Assembly (NCBI RefSeq): GCF_001625305.1
Contig: NW_017802379.1
Span: forward strand, 4,341,479 to 4,405,478
DNA from: Branchiostoma belcheri
Taxonomy: Eukaryota
DNA: 64,000 bases
Direction of reading: 5' to 3'
Positions within the stretch are counted from its first letter, which is position 1; each line of letters opens with the position of its first letter. Below are positions 41,713-54,800 of this stretch, piece after piece. The notes under the pieces were generated by a model, which was not told where the DNA came from, made no database searches, and saw only the letters and a list, made by a program, of their open reading frames with translations. The position numbers and the translations under genes are program-made.

Positions 41713-44359
41713 ATGTCGTTCTTCGTGGATTCCTGCATTATGTTTACTACCCAGGTATGTATGTGTGTATGTTTAATACATCACTGGTGTAGACCCATAA
41801 CACACGTAACACAAGTTAATGTTAAGTTACCTGTTCATTCATGAAAATGTTGATCACAGCAAGGAGTCTTCATCCCGGTTCACACCAAATAAAGCTCATA
41901 AGAGTAACATTACAAAATATTTCATTGCAGTATGTTCAACCACATCGCTCCCATGATCTTATGATTTCAAGTTAACAACTTTTTGTCTTTAGTGCTTGGC
42001 TGAAATGTTATAGTATGTTACAAACAGAACCATGTTGATTTCTTCACCACAGGCTTTCTTCTTTGGGTTTGGCTGGTTGTTCTTCATGAGGCAACTCTTC
42101 AAGGACTATGAAATCCACCACAGGTTAGACAAACACATCTCATTAGATTTAGAGTCAGTGTAACCATGGTAACTGGTTCTCTTCTTGCTGCATGATGTGT
42201 TATGTGTAATGTTACTGATCATATAATAAACTGACCAAGGCCCTATACTGTGCTAAAGGAACAGGAAGATAAAGAGCAAATTCCTGATCTCCAAACATGT
42301 TTAATAAATGAATAGGGCTGTGTCATCATATAGGGTGAGAGGTGCCAGTGATGTACAGAACAACCTTTGAACTTTGACTCATGTTCTTGTTCCAGGGTGG
42401 TGCAGCTGACCTTTGCTGTGACCTTTGCCCTATCCTGCACCATGTTTGAACTCATCATTTTTGAGATTGTGGGATTTCTGAACTCCAGCAGCAGGTGTGT
42501 ATTAAAAAATCTCAAAATGGGTATGGTACAGGCTAAGTCATTAAACCATTGCTAGGTTGTTGGCATCCGTATCTGAAGACGATGGAATCCGTGCCATGGA
42601 TCAGTAGGTAAATGTATTTCTTCCAGTCTATTACCTTTTAATCATGCATCATTGCATGTAGGTTTATACATTTGGTGCACTAAACTGTTGCATTCAATCG
42701 TTCCTTTTGTTTCAGATATTTCCACTGGAAGTTGGACCTGTATGCAATGCTGTTTTCTCTCATCTTCCTGCTGCCATTTTACATTGCCTACTTCATAGTC
42801 AGCAACCTAAGGTGAGAGAAGTACTGACCAATGGAGAAATTGTAGCCAAACGGCTACAATGGTGTGCTAAAAGTTAAGTTTAAACAAAACTGCAAATATC
42901 CAATCAATGTTCGTGTATCAAACTTGAAAAAATTGTCTATTGCCACTAATCATATGACTTCTCTTCCCATCCTATCTGCCAGGTTTGTCCAGTCCTTTCA
43001 GCGCAGACGTCTGATTGTGTGGCTCACCGTGGGGGTTTGGCTCACCTTTATGTACTTCTTCTGGAAACTTGGAGACCCCTTTCCTATCCTCAGTGCCAAG
43101 CATGGCATCTTCTCAATTGGTCAGTTTAGTTTGCTTATCATAAATTATCAATAGTGTTGCAATCAATAACTACTGAACTGTATCAGTCCTGTAATACCTG
43201 TCCAATTTTCGGATATTTGTTTAACGTAAATTAAGGAGGATTGTGATGATAGTGTATTTGGTATGTGGGTAGGTCTTGGGAAGATGTCTAAACTACTGTT
43301 GTCCTTATGGATGATAGGTCCTTTACTTTTGCCATTGGATCAAAGCCCAGATATGTATATGTATTGGATAATATTGTTTAAAGAATCACACCCTACATCC
43401 CTATTGTCCCTCCAGAACAAGGCATCAGCCGTGTGGGAGTGATCGGTGTGACCCTCATGGCCCTGCTGTCAGGGTTTGGTGCCGTCAACTGTCCCTACAC
43501 CTACATGGAGTACTTCCTCCGCCACGTCACCGACACCGACATCCAGTCCCACGAGCGCCGTCTCCTCCAGAACATGGAGATCATCCTCACCAAGAAGAAA
43601 CGTATCGCGCTGGCGAAGCGGGAGACGAGACAGGCGGGTCCCGGGACGCAGCGGCAGGGAATCTGGGGGATGCTGAAGAACGTGACGACGAGTTTGCCCG
43701 CGGGAGAGAACGTGCGACAGCTGCAGCAGGACGTGGAGGCGCTGGAGGAGCTCAGTCGGCAGCTGTTCCTGGAGGTCGTCGACCTGCACGAACAACGGGA
43801 GCGCATCGCGTACTCCAAAACCCTGAAGGGGAAGTACTTCAACATCATGGGGTACTTCTTCTCTCTGTACTGCATGTGGAAAATCTTCATCTCCACGGTG
43901 AACATCGTGTTTGATCGCGTGGGGAAGACGGACCCGATCACCCGCGGGATCGAGATCGTGGTGGTCTACCTGGGGTTCCAGTTTGATGTGAAGTTCTGGT
44001 CACAGCACATCTCCTTCCTGCTGGTGGGCATCCTCATCGTCACGTCCATCCGCGGACTTCTCATCACCATGACCAAGTTCTTCTACGCCATCGCGAGCAG
44101 CAAGTCTTCCAACATCATCGTGCTCCTGTTTGCAGAGATTATGGGCATGTACTTCATCTCCTCCGTCCTCCTGATGAGGATGAACATGCCTGAGGAGTAC
44201 AGACTCATCATCACAGAGGTGTTAGGAGACCTGCAGTTTAACTTCTACCACCGATGGTTCGATGTGATCTTCCTGGTCAGTGCCCTGTCCAGTATAGGAT
44301 TCCTGTACCTGGCACACAAACAGGCCCCAGAGAAACACATGATGCAGAGCATGTATTGA
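41713..44359 (+). CDS. GPR89: Golgi pH regulator / GPR89 family protein, 6 exons, ~455 aa
   Basis: Approximate exons: 41713-41754 (MSFFVDSCIMFTTQ), 42052-42122 (FFFGFGWLFFMRQLFKDYEIHH), 42387-42494 (VVQLTFAVTFALSCTMFELIIFEIVGFLNSSS), 42716-42811 (YFHWKLDLYAMLFSLIFLLPFYIAYFIVSNL), 42983-43119 (LIVWLTVGVWLTFMYFFWKLGDPFPILSAKHGIFSI), 43416-44359 (GVIGVTLMALLSGFGAVNCPYTYMEYFLRHVTDTDI...LAHKQAPEKHMMQSMY, stop). The protein is about 75% identical to human GPR89A where aligned. Confidence 0.9.
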
Positions 44360-45832
44360 CAAGAAAAAAGATTTTCTCTTTATATGGTATCATGTACACT
44401 GTTATAAAGTTGGATGTTGGGTCTTGACTTTAACTTTTCTAGGAATTAAGTGGCATCAGACCTTGACAATGTCTATGAATGATGGTAATTACTCTTGTGC
44501 CAGAAGAAATAAAATTCTCCAAACTATACACGAAAGTAGCAAAGCGTGAATACCACTATGAAGAAATACAATTTACCTGGAAGTCTGATTGAACAATAAG
44601 GAATCAATCACAAATAACTACCAGAACAATGTCAAGCACAATGTATTCATCACACTTTATTCAATAAACCTGTTTCCAGGTAGCCCTCTCCCCAGGTCCC
44701 TACACTGACACACTGTCCAAGTCTCTCAACAGTTGATGAACATCAAAACCAACCATGAATGGTTTTATTTTTTTTTACCCAACTTCCACCACAGCATGTT
44801 TAAACCATGGGAGCATTCTGTGAGGCCAATAAATCTTTTAAATTAACTTATAGTGGTAACAAAATCACAGGAAAGAAGCCCCTAATGCTCTAGTTAATGG
44901 AAGCATATGCAACACCGGCAAATATAAAGAATTATTAGTTACTTTATGATAATTTATATAACTATAAATTAAGAACCTGAGGACTTAAAGTGCGGGCTAC
45001 CCAAAGGAACCAAATAAATAAGTTTAAACCAAACCCAAGAATTTCATAGCAGTGCTTTAATATTTATGACTTGTACCTTTCACAAAATGTTTGCTGTAGA
45101 AGTTTAATATTCTAGCAGCGAAAAGATATGCTGAATAACTTGACGTATCTGCTCCCATGAATAAACTGTGTATTCGTATCTATTTGACGTATACAAAAAT
45201 CTGTATGACGATAAAGGAACAGCAAATATTGTTACGTCTGACACAAAAGGCGAAAATGGACATTTCAAATCCATATAAATTTCTGGCTCAACTTCTGTTG
45301 CAGTATCACCCCATCCATGTCAATGTATTATGATTATTGTCAATCATTAGACAATGCCAATGTTTGCCATTAACATCTTACTATCGATGTTCAGAAACAT
45401 TGACTTCAATTCATCTTGTTATATTAAACACTTGGGGCTAAGAAGTTTGTAAATTTTAGTTCAGTTGAGAGAATTTTTGCCACTTTCCCCGCCTTGCCAG
45501 CAATGGATATAAAATTACAACAATCTAATAGATACATTCTGTACACATTCCCTCCCTTCCCAGCATTCATTGCTAGTCCCAGCATTCCCTGCTAGTCCCA
45601 GCATTCTTAGCTCCACAATTTTCCTGGTAGAGGATGAATCCATGTCCAAAAACAACCAATATTTCATGATCGACTGGTTAGTCTTTGAAAACACCAAGTT
45701 CTGTGATCAAGATGTGTAAAATGTCACTGGTGTTTGGATAGTTGCATGTACTTGCTCTGGAAAGTGTGGACTAGTCTACTGATTTGTAGGGGTGTTGTGT
45801 GATGGCAGCGAATGCTGGGCCCTCCCCATTCG

Positions 45833-48800
45833 TTAGTACTCTTCATCTTCATTACAGTCTTCTGTCCAGTGGCCAAAAACTGTAAGTGAAAGAGAATGCA
45901 AATGTATTGAGAAAAAGTTGAAAAACAAATTATTTTCAACAATAACCAAGTACATAATACACATATACAGTATTATGCAATGGTATAAGAAATTTATTAC
46001 TAACTTGTAGTCTCAGGACATTCACAACAAATGTTCTTAACGAAGGACAATACAGCATAATGTAAAACATTTCTCCACCTTTATGTTAAAACTTAAAAAG
46101 TCCCCCCCAAAACTAATGAAAAATTTATGGTAGTATATGACTGACCTTCACAGTTATCGCAGAAGGCTCGTTCCTCGTGCCTGTCCCCGTGATACTGTGA
46201 GTGGGAGGCGTACTCCTCATACTCCGTGGCCTGTTTGGGGCAGTCGTCTGTGTCGTGTTCGTCAAATACGTCACAAATGTCGCAGAAGAGTCGGGGAGGG
46301 GGGAGTTGTCTTAGTCTCTCTTCCCTGGTGGGGGAAAGAAATTAAGAGAAAAAATTGTTAGAATGTCCCACTCATCAAGTTTTCACTGTTTTGTATCAAG
46401 CATGTAGTACCAGAAAAAAAAAAGATGTACAAATGTCAAGATGTTAAAAAAAACTTGTTGCAATATGTCAAAATGTGGTCATGAGAACAATGAAGATTTC
46501 TATACTGTACTTCAATTGTGTTGGAACAACAGAGTATAGGTTCACATGTGGCAAACAATGTGATTTTATAAATTCCTGGATCAAACAACTGAAAAATCAA
46601 CACTGATAAATCCTGTACACAACTCTATTTCATCTTTTATTTCATCTTCTAATAAATTTCAACTTGCTGCTACAAATGTTTCAACAAGGATTTGAGAAAG
46701 ATACTACAGCAAGGACCCAACATTAGTAAGTAATACAGAACAATGACTAGAGATATTAACATTTCCTATCAATGACAAAACAGCCAACTTCCAGTCTCAA
46801 CAATATAACCATGCTGAATGAAATCCATCAACTCTCCTAATATGGGGGACACCAAATGGCCCAGAAACAGAACATTAGATGAATGGGGACTTGAACTCTA
46901 AGTTTTACAGAACATTCAACAGCTTCAAAAAGACCTGTGTGAATATACTTGTGCAGGCAGTCTGGTCTGATCATGCTTAACTGCAACACAAGAATGTAGA
47001 TGCAGTAAAAGTTAATGTTTGACATCTACCATACTCTTAGTTCCACAGCAGTGGGTTGGGTGGCAAGCTGTGTTTGCCTACCATGTAAAGTAGAGTTTAC
47101 AGTGAAAAAAAAGTCAATATAAAAACATCTTCCTAAAGTCTAAGTGGGGAGGAGGTACTGTTACATTGTACACCTCCTACCATTGTACTCCTGTAATTGC
47201 ATATTTAGCAACTAGGGGGCACTGTTCAACCATTTAGTTCCACTCTCTTGTAAGGGGGATTAGAGCCCCAAACAGATACTCACTCTTCATCGAACAGGTC
47301 CTCCCCATTCACACCACTCTCCAACTGGTCAATACGGCGGATCAGCTCATCGTTCTTCCTCTGTAGATCCACAATCACCGAGTTCAGGAAGTCAATCTGA
47401 GAAAAAGGGAGAAAAAAACGTCACATTGGCCAAGTTGTCCTTGTGTAGAGGTGGTCTCTTGTACTGGTTTGATTGTATATCTACAAAGTTTATTCAAGAC
47501 TTGAGTTGCATGGCTCTTCAGAAAAAAAAGGTGATTTAAAGAGGGCTGATTCTTCAAAAACATTCTTAGATCTGTTCATACAAAGTTCTGCAAACATGCT
47601 CCAAACTGCTGAAGATCTTTCAAATGCCATGAAAAAGGAACAAACTGAAGTGATGTTAGTTCCAACATGAAATGGTTTAGATGTCGTGTCATGGGTGAAC
47701 ATGGTCGTCTGTAGTTACCTTTAACCGAATTTCTTTGGTCTGGAGTCACCGGCCATACAGAAGAAATCCCAAAAGCCGTACAAAGAGTAGGAGTTAAGAG
47801 ACACAGGGAAGAACAAAAGGGAGACACACATTGAGATGGAGTGAAGCTAGAGAGACTTCCAAGGAAGGTACAAGTCACATTTGTTGCACAGTTATCAAAC
47901 AGTAACTATATTCTTAGGATAGTCATACATGTACATGTGTCGTATGAATTCAACTGTTTTGTGACAACGGCTGCCTTAGATCTTTGCCAGCAGTTGGTTC
48001 TGTTATAGTCTGCCTGAAAGTTCTACAACATAAAAATCGTACAATGATCTGCAACAAATGTGACTGAACCTGGTAACCGTATACCACTGTAGCATTTACA
48101 AGGAGAATTAGTGCAAGACTGACAAGACAGTTTGGGAAAGACTTGGGACACAAAAGGAAGCTGCTTGACAAGTTGACAGGGTCACATCCATATTTTGTGC
48201 ACAAGATCTATGGACACCGCATGCATCATCTGAATTCGAGGTTAAAATGAACCTGAAGAACCCCCTCCTGAACACTTACCTGGCCTTCTGCTTCTTCCTT
48301 CTCTTTTCTCAGCTTGGCCGTTATGGGATCGCCTGGAGGGAGACAAATTAAAAAGGCTTTAAGTTTGGACAGGTGGATCCAAATAATACTGAACAAGTCA
48401 GGGTCTTGTGGTAAAATTTTCCTTCTGGATCTGGTAGTAAAATTTTCAGGACAGCCATTGCATTTCTCGTGTGTTATGCCTAAACATAGCTTAATGGCAA
48501 CAAACAAAAACAGTAGTTTCCAGATGGATCCATGTAAAACTTCCACTGTTTTGAACAGAGATTTAGCGAATCATGTTTCTCAATACCACATTAAGCTATT
48601 ACATGTCCTGTAAGACAATCATACAATGATTGTACTTAGGCCTAGAAAATGATTACATATTCCAAGTCATTTTGACCTGTAATAATGTAAAAAAATACCA
48701 ACTACCCAATCTTTCTTCTGATCAAATAACGTTACCAATGAAGTTTAGTGGTTAGCTTCAAGAATGGTGATAATAATCACATGTCTTGGCATTATACAGG

Positions 48801-51800
48801 AACCTGTTACAGAAGGCATAGAAAATGTTGGTTAATTATCATCACATGAAGCACAGCAGAAGTTGAAGCATTCTTGAGCAGGATGTCTAGAATCTGTTTG
48901 AGAAAATATCTTGTTAATTGATCCTGAAGAGATAATGATGGTTAATGACAGCACCTTCTGAATACCTTAACCCAAATGTAGTACAGTTCAAGTTTGAGAA
49001 AGAAGAAAGATAATCTAACACTACATGTACCTTGGCTCCCAGCAAGAAAGTTGTACATTCGTACATACATGTAATTTACTGGTCACTTAAAATTCAGAAA
49101 GAAAATTCAATATTCAAAGTTTTGTCAATACCATACACATGTAACATTGTGTCAGAAGTCAATTCTTTTAACCTTTTCCCTGCTGACTAAGTCTCAAAAC
49201 TGATACAAATTTGGAGCCAAATGAGAACCTTGGCATCCTGGAGGTTAATGACAACATAAAGAGGGTTTTGAAATGAGAGGATTCCAAAAAGCATGTTGTG
49301 GTGCTGAGACTTTAAAATTGAAACAAAATCAAGACTTTCTGAATGTAAAGTGACCTTTGTTTTGTCCTGTTTGCTCACAAACCTGTGGGGACCTTCTCCA
49401 TGTCCTCATGCAGGTGTTCCGCATCTGTATTCAAAACAAACCCAAGCCAAGACCCCATAGGTGCTTTGCACAGAACTGACTGTTGCAGTTAGCAGGGACA
49501 TACCTGTCAAGCTGTCAAGATGACTAAGTCTTGCAATCTTTGGGTAAATCCGAAGTCATACTTCTTTTACATGCCTAAAGAATGTGCATTTTGTTTTTCT
49601 CCTCAACAAGCATGTGGTTTTCACAAGACTTTGCTGAAATTATGAGACAGAAATGTCTGTACAGTTATGTTTGTCATCAGCATACAATGTATTCTGCAAA
49701 AATTAGGCAACTTGACAGGAATGCACATTGCTAAATTTTCTATAACACAGAAGTTCTACAGCCAGTTACATACCATTTAAATGATCATTTTGTGACAAAG
49801 ATTTGGCTAATCTAGCATGTTTTAACAATAGCTCAATTAGTAGCACCAAGGACAACACCACATTTCCCTTCACCTTACAAAACCAATTCAAAACACACCA
49901 AAATTAGTTGTTCTTCCAGATTGACACTGATGTTTAGAACTGAAGACACTCTACACTGTGTAAGATCCGCACTATCAGTGGTTAAGTTTCAAACACTGCC
50001 TTTGTTTTCATGCAAGTGTCGGTATGCTGTCTTTGTCTCGTGTTGTCTGGTGGTGTTGTGAGAAGGACCTACCACACTTGAGTTCATCTAGCCTGGCCTG
50101 CATGAGCTCAAAAGAGGAGTTCAAAATGGACAGCTCATCCCCATCCTCCAGTAAGTCTGGAACTGGGGTACTGACTTTGGGGCTATACCTCGGAACACTG
50201 TCTTCAAGTTCATGTTCAAGATCGGGGTCCTTATCTAAGACATCACCATAAACGTGGTAAATTTCATTCGCCACGTATGAAATGTGCTCTAAAAAGGGAA
50301 GAAACAAAACACATCAGCTGGGATAGAAGTTCTAAGACATCAATAAGATCAAAGAAGTGTAATCATGAAATATTCCATCCATTGATTCTGCTTGAAGACT
50401 GCTTCAGAAAGCCTATGTTTAAACCACATGTAGCGTTAAAAAATCAAAAGTGGGAATCATTCAAACAATAAACTTCATAATAAATAGATTCATAACAAAA
50501 TTCAAAACTAAAGACTGCAATCCCGTACAGGATATACACAAGTACATGTTATACAGCATAATTCTGATTACACGTTTAGTACTTTTTGAAAATTGCTCAG
50601 AATCTTTAGAACACTCACCAGCTGTCATGGCGTCCATGTCTTTTTGCATCTGCTCCAGTGCTGTGTTTAAGACGTTCACCTTGTCTTCAAGTTCTTCATT
50701 GACTTCTTCCAAGGCAGAGATCTTAAGCTTCAAGCTCTCTGCAAGGTGGCTTTCACCCTTCAAATCTGTGATCTGTGAAAAGTTGAAAAAGAAGTGTTTT
50801 TCTCAGACATCTTTCTCATACAATGAGGATGATTATAAGGACAACATAGACAATTGAGCTTGTCATTGCTATAATCAGTTATGCATCCCTACAAAGAAAT
50901 GTTTACTGCTATGCACAATGATATCACTTTGGTTACCTGTGATTGGTACTTGGTAAGCTCCTCATCCTTTTGTTTGACCAGTTTCTCGGTGATGTCCACT
51001 GCTTTCTGCAGCGACTCACGTTCACCTTCAAACTCTCGCTGTAAGGTGTTCTCCCTAAAACCAACACAATGCATTAGCAAAGAAATGCACATTACAATGT
51101 CCTGGCAGCTTTTAAAAGACTGCAGTTCATATGTGATACCAATAGCTCCTACTGAGGAGGTTCCATCCTAAACTAATTAGGCAACAAACATTTCATTTTG
51201 CACCTTTTTTAATATTAAAAATCCACAATAAAGTCACAATAAGTTCAAGGGAGACACTCTTGTGAGAAGAAGCTTAGGAGTCTATATTTTTTGTGTAGGT
51301 TAAATCCTTACCTTTTTGTACTGGAGGAAGGAAGGCAAGAAAATAGGGAGCAGGCAGCTGTCAGTTACAAGCTTTTGACCCATATATAGTCTGCTAGGGG
51401 TGACTTAACACCCCTTCAGAGTTACTAATTGTGTCTGGTGATAGCTAGCAGCATGTCATTCAGAGGCAAAGCCAAGAGCAAGTGCTTAAAAAGACTAAAG
51501 CTTGTGGCACATGCTTATAAAATCATCTACATTTGGTCTAGTAGTGAGACCATGGACTGTAAAACAAGAACATATCACAAGTTGCTTAAGAACAGTACTG
51601 GATACACTGCAGCAAATTAACGATCACATTAGACACTACAGAAACTCCACTTACCGTGATTTGTAGTCGTCTAGTTGTTGCTTCAATGAGTTTTGAACTT
51701 CAGATAACTGTTCATGAACAAAAGGATACAGTTAGAATGTAATTCTGTGAAATGTTACTTTCAAAAGTAGCCAGAAAAAGTCAAGAGACAGTCTTTCAAC

Positions 51801-54800
51801 AAAAAGATAGAAACAAGTCAAGTTGTGAAGAATCATAAAACGACAATCACAAGAAGGCAACTAAAACAAACCGAATGCTTGGGAAACATTTTTATAACTC
51901 AGGAATCATACAAGATAGAGGGATCTCAGATACAAAAGACATACTTTTGGTGGCAACAATTACCACAACTCAGGAAACACAAGAAACAACTTCAGCATGA
52001 CAGAGACAATTCAAAAGAAAGTCCAAGGTCACCAACAAGGTCAAACAGGTCAAAAGATGAAAGATCAGTAAAACACAACACCAAGTCAATCATGGTACAA
52101 AACCATTCAACCATCTAGTTAGAAACTTCAAACCACCAGACATCCACCAGTGAATATCATATCTCATTCAAACACTTGCATTAAGAAAAACAGCTGTTGT
52201 TCAACCTCATTGAAAAATAGAACAGATAACCTCCACACATGCCATGCCATGAAAACACGAGTGACAGACCAAACAATCACACACCCAGGCAACACACCTT
52301 GTTCCCAATGCACACCAGGTTAGTGGTATTTACATTGTATAAACAAACAAACAAATAAACAAACAAACAGACAGACAGACAGACAAACAAACAAAATACA
52401 AGGTGTGTGCTTGTGTCAGAAAGTAGTGCACATCTGGTATAAAAGCACAGAAATAGCTCAATAGGGAACAAGAGTACTATTTAGTTGCTTCAAAATGGTC
52501 AATATTTGTAAAACGTATGGGTCAATATGTGTAAAGTGTATTTTAGAGACAATAAAAAACTGTAGGGGCAGTGCAGCAGTGAAGTACATTTGCATCAAGT
52601 TAGCCAGGACAAGTGTACAGGAAAATCATGTAATATTATGGTCATCACTAGAAAGGACTATCAACATTATGGGGCAAAAGGGTCATGAATACACCAGGTC
52701 ATCTTATAGAATATGCTTAGATCCCTTAATGTCATTCATAGATATGGAAAAAAAGCATCATTATTACTGACAAAGTTGCCAGGTTGACACAGTACACCAC
52801 AGACAGCAAAGCATGAACGAAGTTCTGCATTTGACCAAGTGGAACATGTAAAAGGTAGTTGTACACAATGTATGTAGCCCTAACCACTGACATAGTTGTT
52901 ATACTGTGCAATCCATGCAAAGAGTATGAAAAAATCTCTCCAGCATTTGTATGGGTTAGTACATGAGCAACCTTTGACCCCAAGCCTGTACACCTGAATG
53001 GAGGAGGCCTCCGTGAGGCTTGTACCTGAGATCGCTCTAGATTGAGCCTAACAGACAGGCCTTCTACCTCGGCTCGCAGACTGTTGTTCTCTGCCTGTGC
53101 CTTGGAGAGGGAAGCCTGCGTTTCTGACAGGGTGGATTGACCTTGCTGCTCAGGAGTGGGGAGGGGGGTGAGAGAGTACAAGTTGAACTTGCCTGTTCTT
53201 ATATACACTACTATAAAGTTGCTATACAATGTACAAATAACAGTCTTTCAACTGTATCTGCCTTGAAAACTGTTAGCTGATGGTCAAGGTTTGAAGAAGT
53301 TGGGAGAAGTCATTGGTTAGGCACAGTTACTACACATGCCAGGACCAAATTATAACTGCAACACAAAAGACCATGACATCTGAGTTAAGCTTAAAAGCAC
53401 GATTCTCAGCTAATATGACACAGACATTAAGCTGACACAAGGCAAAATTTCAGGCATGAACAATTTCAGTGCTGGATCCTTTTTGTGTCACGTGCATGTA
53501 CTACAAGCACTATTGTGTTATAAACAAGACAACTACCAGGCAAAAGAAAAAATGTTTTGCTACTTGCAAATAATTTAACACACCAAGAAAATCTGTTTCC
53601 ATCACAGAGAGGCCAGAAGTGGGCTTATGCAAAGAGAAGCATGCTAGTCCACATACATGTATCAGTTAGAGAACAACAATGGGGTCACAGACAAAAGCAC
53701 AGCCACATGCACATTCAGATACATGTATGTTAGACATGACATTGTTACAGAGAACATAGAAAAAACCTTCCATGGAGTATGTTGAAATCTCTGCAAAATT
53801 ATTGCACATCATAATCAACAGGTATTCTCATCAGGATCATTAACAAATGACCTCACTGCATTATTACACTATTTGTACACAATCATTAGTAATATACAAT
53901 GTAGATTATTGTCACCTTGGTCTCACTATGTCAGTGTGTAACATAATAACTTAAGTAAAGCTACCATTTTGATTATGGCTTTCCATTGTTTTTAAGACTC
54001 AGCAATATTCACAAATTGATTTAAAATGACACCATTTGTATGGTTTTGTGATGATTTCTTTTTGCCTAAGACTTGAATCTGTATTGTCTGACTTGCTCAG
54101 GCACCTTTTGCGTTTCTGCTGCCTGGGACTTAGTAGTTTCTAGCTCAGTGTTGACATTTTGCACTTCCTTTTGTAGGTCCATGATGGTTTTGGACATCTC
54201 AAAGACTTGAGATTCTGCTTGCTGAAAGGTGAAAAAAAAATTGGATATTAAACCCAGGGTGAACAAAGAAAATACTGTTACAGATGTCATCAAATATTGA
54301 TGGTAAAATTGCACCTATATTTACCATTTGAGAATAATTAATACCCAATATGCTTAATATCCAATAATCCATACCTTCACAATGTCTGCATTCTCTTGTT
54401 TCTTTGTTTCTACATCAGTTTCTAGTTGTGTCTTTAGTGACTCCAGTTCTGTGATTTTTCCCTGCAAACTTTCAGCTTCCTTTTCCTTGTTCTGTATTGA
54501 AATAGAAATACAAACACTTATTCACATGTACAGGACTAGTGCATGTATTCCTACAAACTACAAAGTCCAATAAAGATTCATAGGGAAGTATGAGACTGTG
54601 ACAACATCACACATTTAAACATATTTAAACTTTCTGGAAGTATATGAGGGTCCTTCATGCAATCCTTGACTTCATGAATTCCCCATATGAACCTCTATAA
54701 TAATTCCTGCTGGCTTCCAGCCACAGCCATTTCCAGAGTCCTTTTGACATTTCTGCTGGTCAACCTTCCCCCACCCATGTGCTGTCAAAACTACTGTGTC

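Noticed and set aside
43469-43941. Antisense ORFs (108 and 146 aa) and a +2-frame ORF inside the GPR89 terminal exon
   Set aside because: GC-rich coding exons generate long alternative-frame ORFs. The GPR89 frame is strongly supported by homology.
47281-47400. An in-frame TGA that looked like the end of the coiled-coil gene (...NGEDLFDEE*)
   Set aside because: A consensus GTGAGT donor lies 1 nt before the stop. The downstream exons continue in phase into the CLIP-170 zinc knuckles, so this is an internal exon.
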